Shown here: positions 61,745 through 64,000 of the stretch, in pieces
Layout: every line of letters starts with the position of its first letter
Position numbering within the stretch: position 1 is the stretch's first letter
Assembly: GCA_965287045.1 (NCBI GenBank)
Contig: OZ336886.1
Location: forward strand, 45,818,001 to 45,882,000
DNA from: Carcharhinus amblyrhynchos
Taxonomy: Eukaryota
DNA: 64,000 bases
Direction: 5' to 3'
The notes under the pieces: model-generated
What the model was told of the DNA's origin: nothing
Databases searched by the model: none
The model's input: only the letters and a program-made list of their open reading frames with translations
Program-made: the position numbers and the translations under genes

Positions 61745-61950
61745 CTTTGAACTCGCTGCTGGGGGAGGTACTGGAAGCAGATACAATAGCGACTTTGAAG
61801 GGGCGTCTTGACATATACTTGAATAGGAAGGGGACGGGGGGATACGGTCCCCGGAAGGGTTTTAGTTCAGTTGGGCAGCGTGGTTGGTGCAGGCTTGGAG
61901 GGGCTGAAGGGCCTGTTCCTGTGCTGTAATTTTCTTTGATTTTTGTTCTT
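61745..61950 (+). mobile_element. CR1 3' end
   Basis: NSLLGEVLEADTIATLKGRLDIY; TTCTTTG tail. Confidence 0.87.
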
Positions 61951-62339
61951 TGACAACACGGTCTCCCTCCAGACGAGAGAGACCACGTCCTCCAAAAAAA
62001 TTAATCTACCGCCAAGGGATCTCGGGGGACTCACTGGCATGCAAGAGCACCTCTCAGAGAGATCTCTCCTTCACCTCCTGCAAGGAGATAACTACAGGGA
62101 ATGGTGCAGTGACAGATAAGATGTCACACGGTAGCACTCCAACGCATCAGCATGGCACAGAGCTCTGATCTGGCCTGTGTCTTCAATCCCCACTTCCGCA
62201 GGCTGGACAGAATTGAGAATTTCCAGCGACAATTACTCCAGTTTACATCCTGCGCCAGCCTCGCTCGGCCAAATCCTCCGGGCCATCAGCAAGCCAACCT
62301 TGATGGAACCAATCTAGCTAATCCGTTTATCCCACTCTG

Positions 62340-63070
62340 CCGCACCTAGCCAAGGCCCAGAGCTAGGCGAACTGATAAAGCAACCGACAAATAAAGCGCG
62401 CCTGGGTAACTGCAAGGAGGACAAGTTGATTACTCGGGGAGATAATTTTAATTAAAAGCCCTCTCCCTCGCTCTCTTGTAGTCCCTCGCTGTTTCTTTCT
62501 TTTTTTTAATTAAATCCTTACTTCAGTAACTTGCTCAGGATTTCCAGGGGAAAAGTAGCAAGGACAGATGGACACTCTAAAGGAGCAAAAGCACCTTTTT
62601 ATTTCGGGATTTCAATGCAGAATTGTGCACAGCACAACTCTTCCTTACAGCCTCTTCCATCTCTTCCTTCAATAAATTCCCAGGCAACTCTGAAGGAGTA
62701 CATTTTATGAAGTCATTAAGGCCAATTCTCATCGGAGAAATCTCAGGGAGTTACGTGATTCATGCACATATTAGACAGTAGGAACTGTAATTAAACATCA
62801 CTGTATGTGTGGCTGTGGGCTACCAGAGGTCTGAGAATAGAACTCTCTGTCGAACAGCTAGAATATGTTGCCATAAATGCTCCCCCCTCCTCCCTTCCCA
62901 ATGGGACAATAACACGATGAAACTCCTTCAGCTTCAGACGTCACTGGGAGGTCAAAGAGAGTAACACCCTCCGCCACCCACCTTTCTGCTGAATCTCTTG
63001 TTTATTTTTCTGTATAGACAGTTGCTATGGCGGCTGATTAGCGGCATCACAAAATTCAGAACTTCAGAGG
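62340..63070. promoter_or_regulatory. Candidate conserved non-coding element
   Basis: Repeat-free, two TTAATTAA cores, X-box-like GTTGCTATGGCGGC at 63021; inference. Confidence 0.35.
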
Positions 63071-63610
63071 ATCATGTTTCTTAACCGTGGCAGATCGTAG
63101 AAACCATGGAGATGCGGGTAAATGCCACAAGTGCAGATCCTGACAGGCGTGCTGTGGTCTCGTCCGAATGGGGGCAGGGGGGTGGAGTTGGTGATTGAAA
63201 GGGGGCAAAGGACAAGTTAGATAGATTGGAACGCAGCTTCTCCCAGTGATAGCCTCCTTCAGAAACTTGAGGCTGCGGGCAGTATAGGCGCTGTCTGGGG
63301 CCTAAGCTACCCAATTATTTCTAACAAAAACAACAGCCAACATTTATATGATGCCTTTTAATGTCACAAGATGCTTCACAGGAGCAAACACAAGTGGAAA
63401 ATTTACATTGAGCTGTGAAAGGAGGTATTAGGTTAGGTAGCGTCAAAACTTGGCAAATAGGCAGGTTTTAAACAGTCTCTCCGTCCCTGCAGTTCATTCA
63501 ACGATCCTCCGGCACAGCGAGAACCTGGTGTGAATTGTTACTGGACTCCACAAACAGAGACCAGGCGTGATGGCGGGTGGCTGTGGGTGGGGTTATTTGA
63601 CACAGACACC

Positions 63611-63920
63611 TGGGTGGCATGTTGGCACAGTGGTTAGCACTGCTGCCTCTCAGCGCCAGGGACCCGGGTTTGATTCTCGGCTTGGGTCACCGTCTGGGTG
63701 GAGTCTGCATGTTCTCCCCGTATCCGCGTGGGTTTCCTCCAGCTGCTCTGGTTTCCTCCCACAGTCTGAACCACGTGCTGGTTAGGTGCATTGGCCATGC
63801 TAAATTCTCCCTCAGTGTACCTGAACAGGCGCTGGAGTGTGGTGACTGGGGGATTTTCACCGTAACTTCATTGCAGTGTTAATGCAAGCTTACTTGTGAT
63901 ACTAGTAAATAAACTTTAAA
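63611..63920 (+). mobile_element. V-SINE type B, full length
   Basis: Head, V-domain and type B tail. Confidence 0.9.
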
Positions 63921-64000
63921 AAAAAATTAGTGATGGGGGTAAAGGTTGCACCTCCAAGGGTGGGGGTGTTCCCTTGTCTCGGGGGGGGGGTTCACCATGT

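Overview
Eukaryotic, vertebrate intronic/intergenic DNA. The repeat inventory points to a cartilaginous fish, most likely a shark: tRNA-derived HE1-type V-domain SINEs, HER1/CR1 LINE 3' fragments, L2, Deu-domain SINEs, Penelope-like elements, Rex1/Babar tails, solo LTRs and short MITEs. Much of the window is interspersed repeat, often nested. Every long ORF I can recognise is a LINE reverse-transcriptase C-terminus, and I see no complete host gene, rRNA, true tRNA or CRISPR array. The best host-gene signal is a short minus-strand ATG exon (50191-50209) with a strong Kozak context, a splice donor and a promoter-like upstream region. There are also a few weaker candidate exons and several repeat-free blocks that look like conserved non-coding elements. 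The most notable observations are: (1) two independent young CR1 copies share the same 5' end at the base of a small RNA hairpin, and both have templated filler at the 5' junction; (2) one SINE body carries two alternative LINE-derived tails; (3) fold-back Penelope-derived elements carry hammerhead motifs; (4) a Rex1 3' UTR forms a 158-bp tandem trimer. Family names come from recalled consensus motifs, not from database searches. Repeat boundaries are approximate unless a target-site duplication (TSD) is given. I cannot claim a new biological system with confidence.
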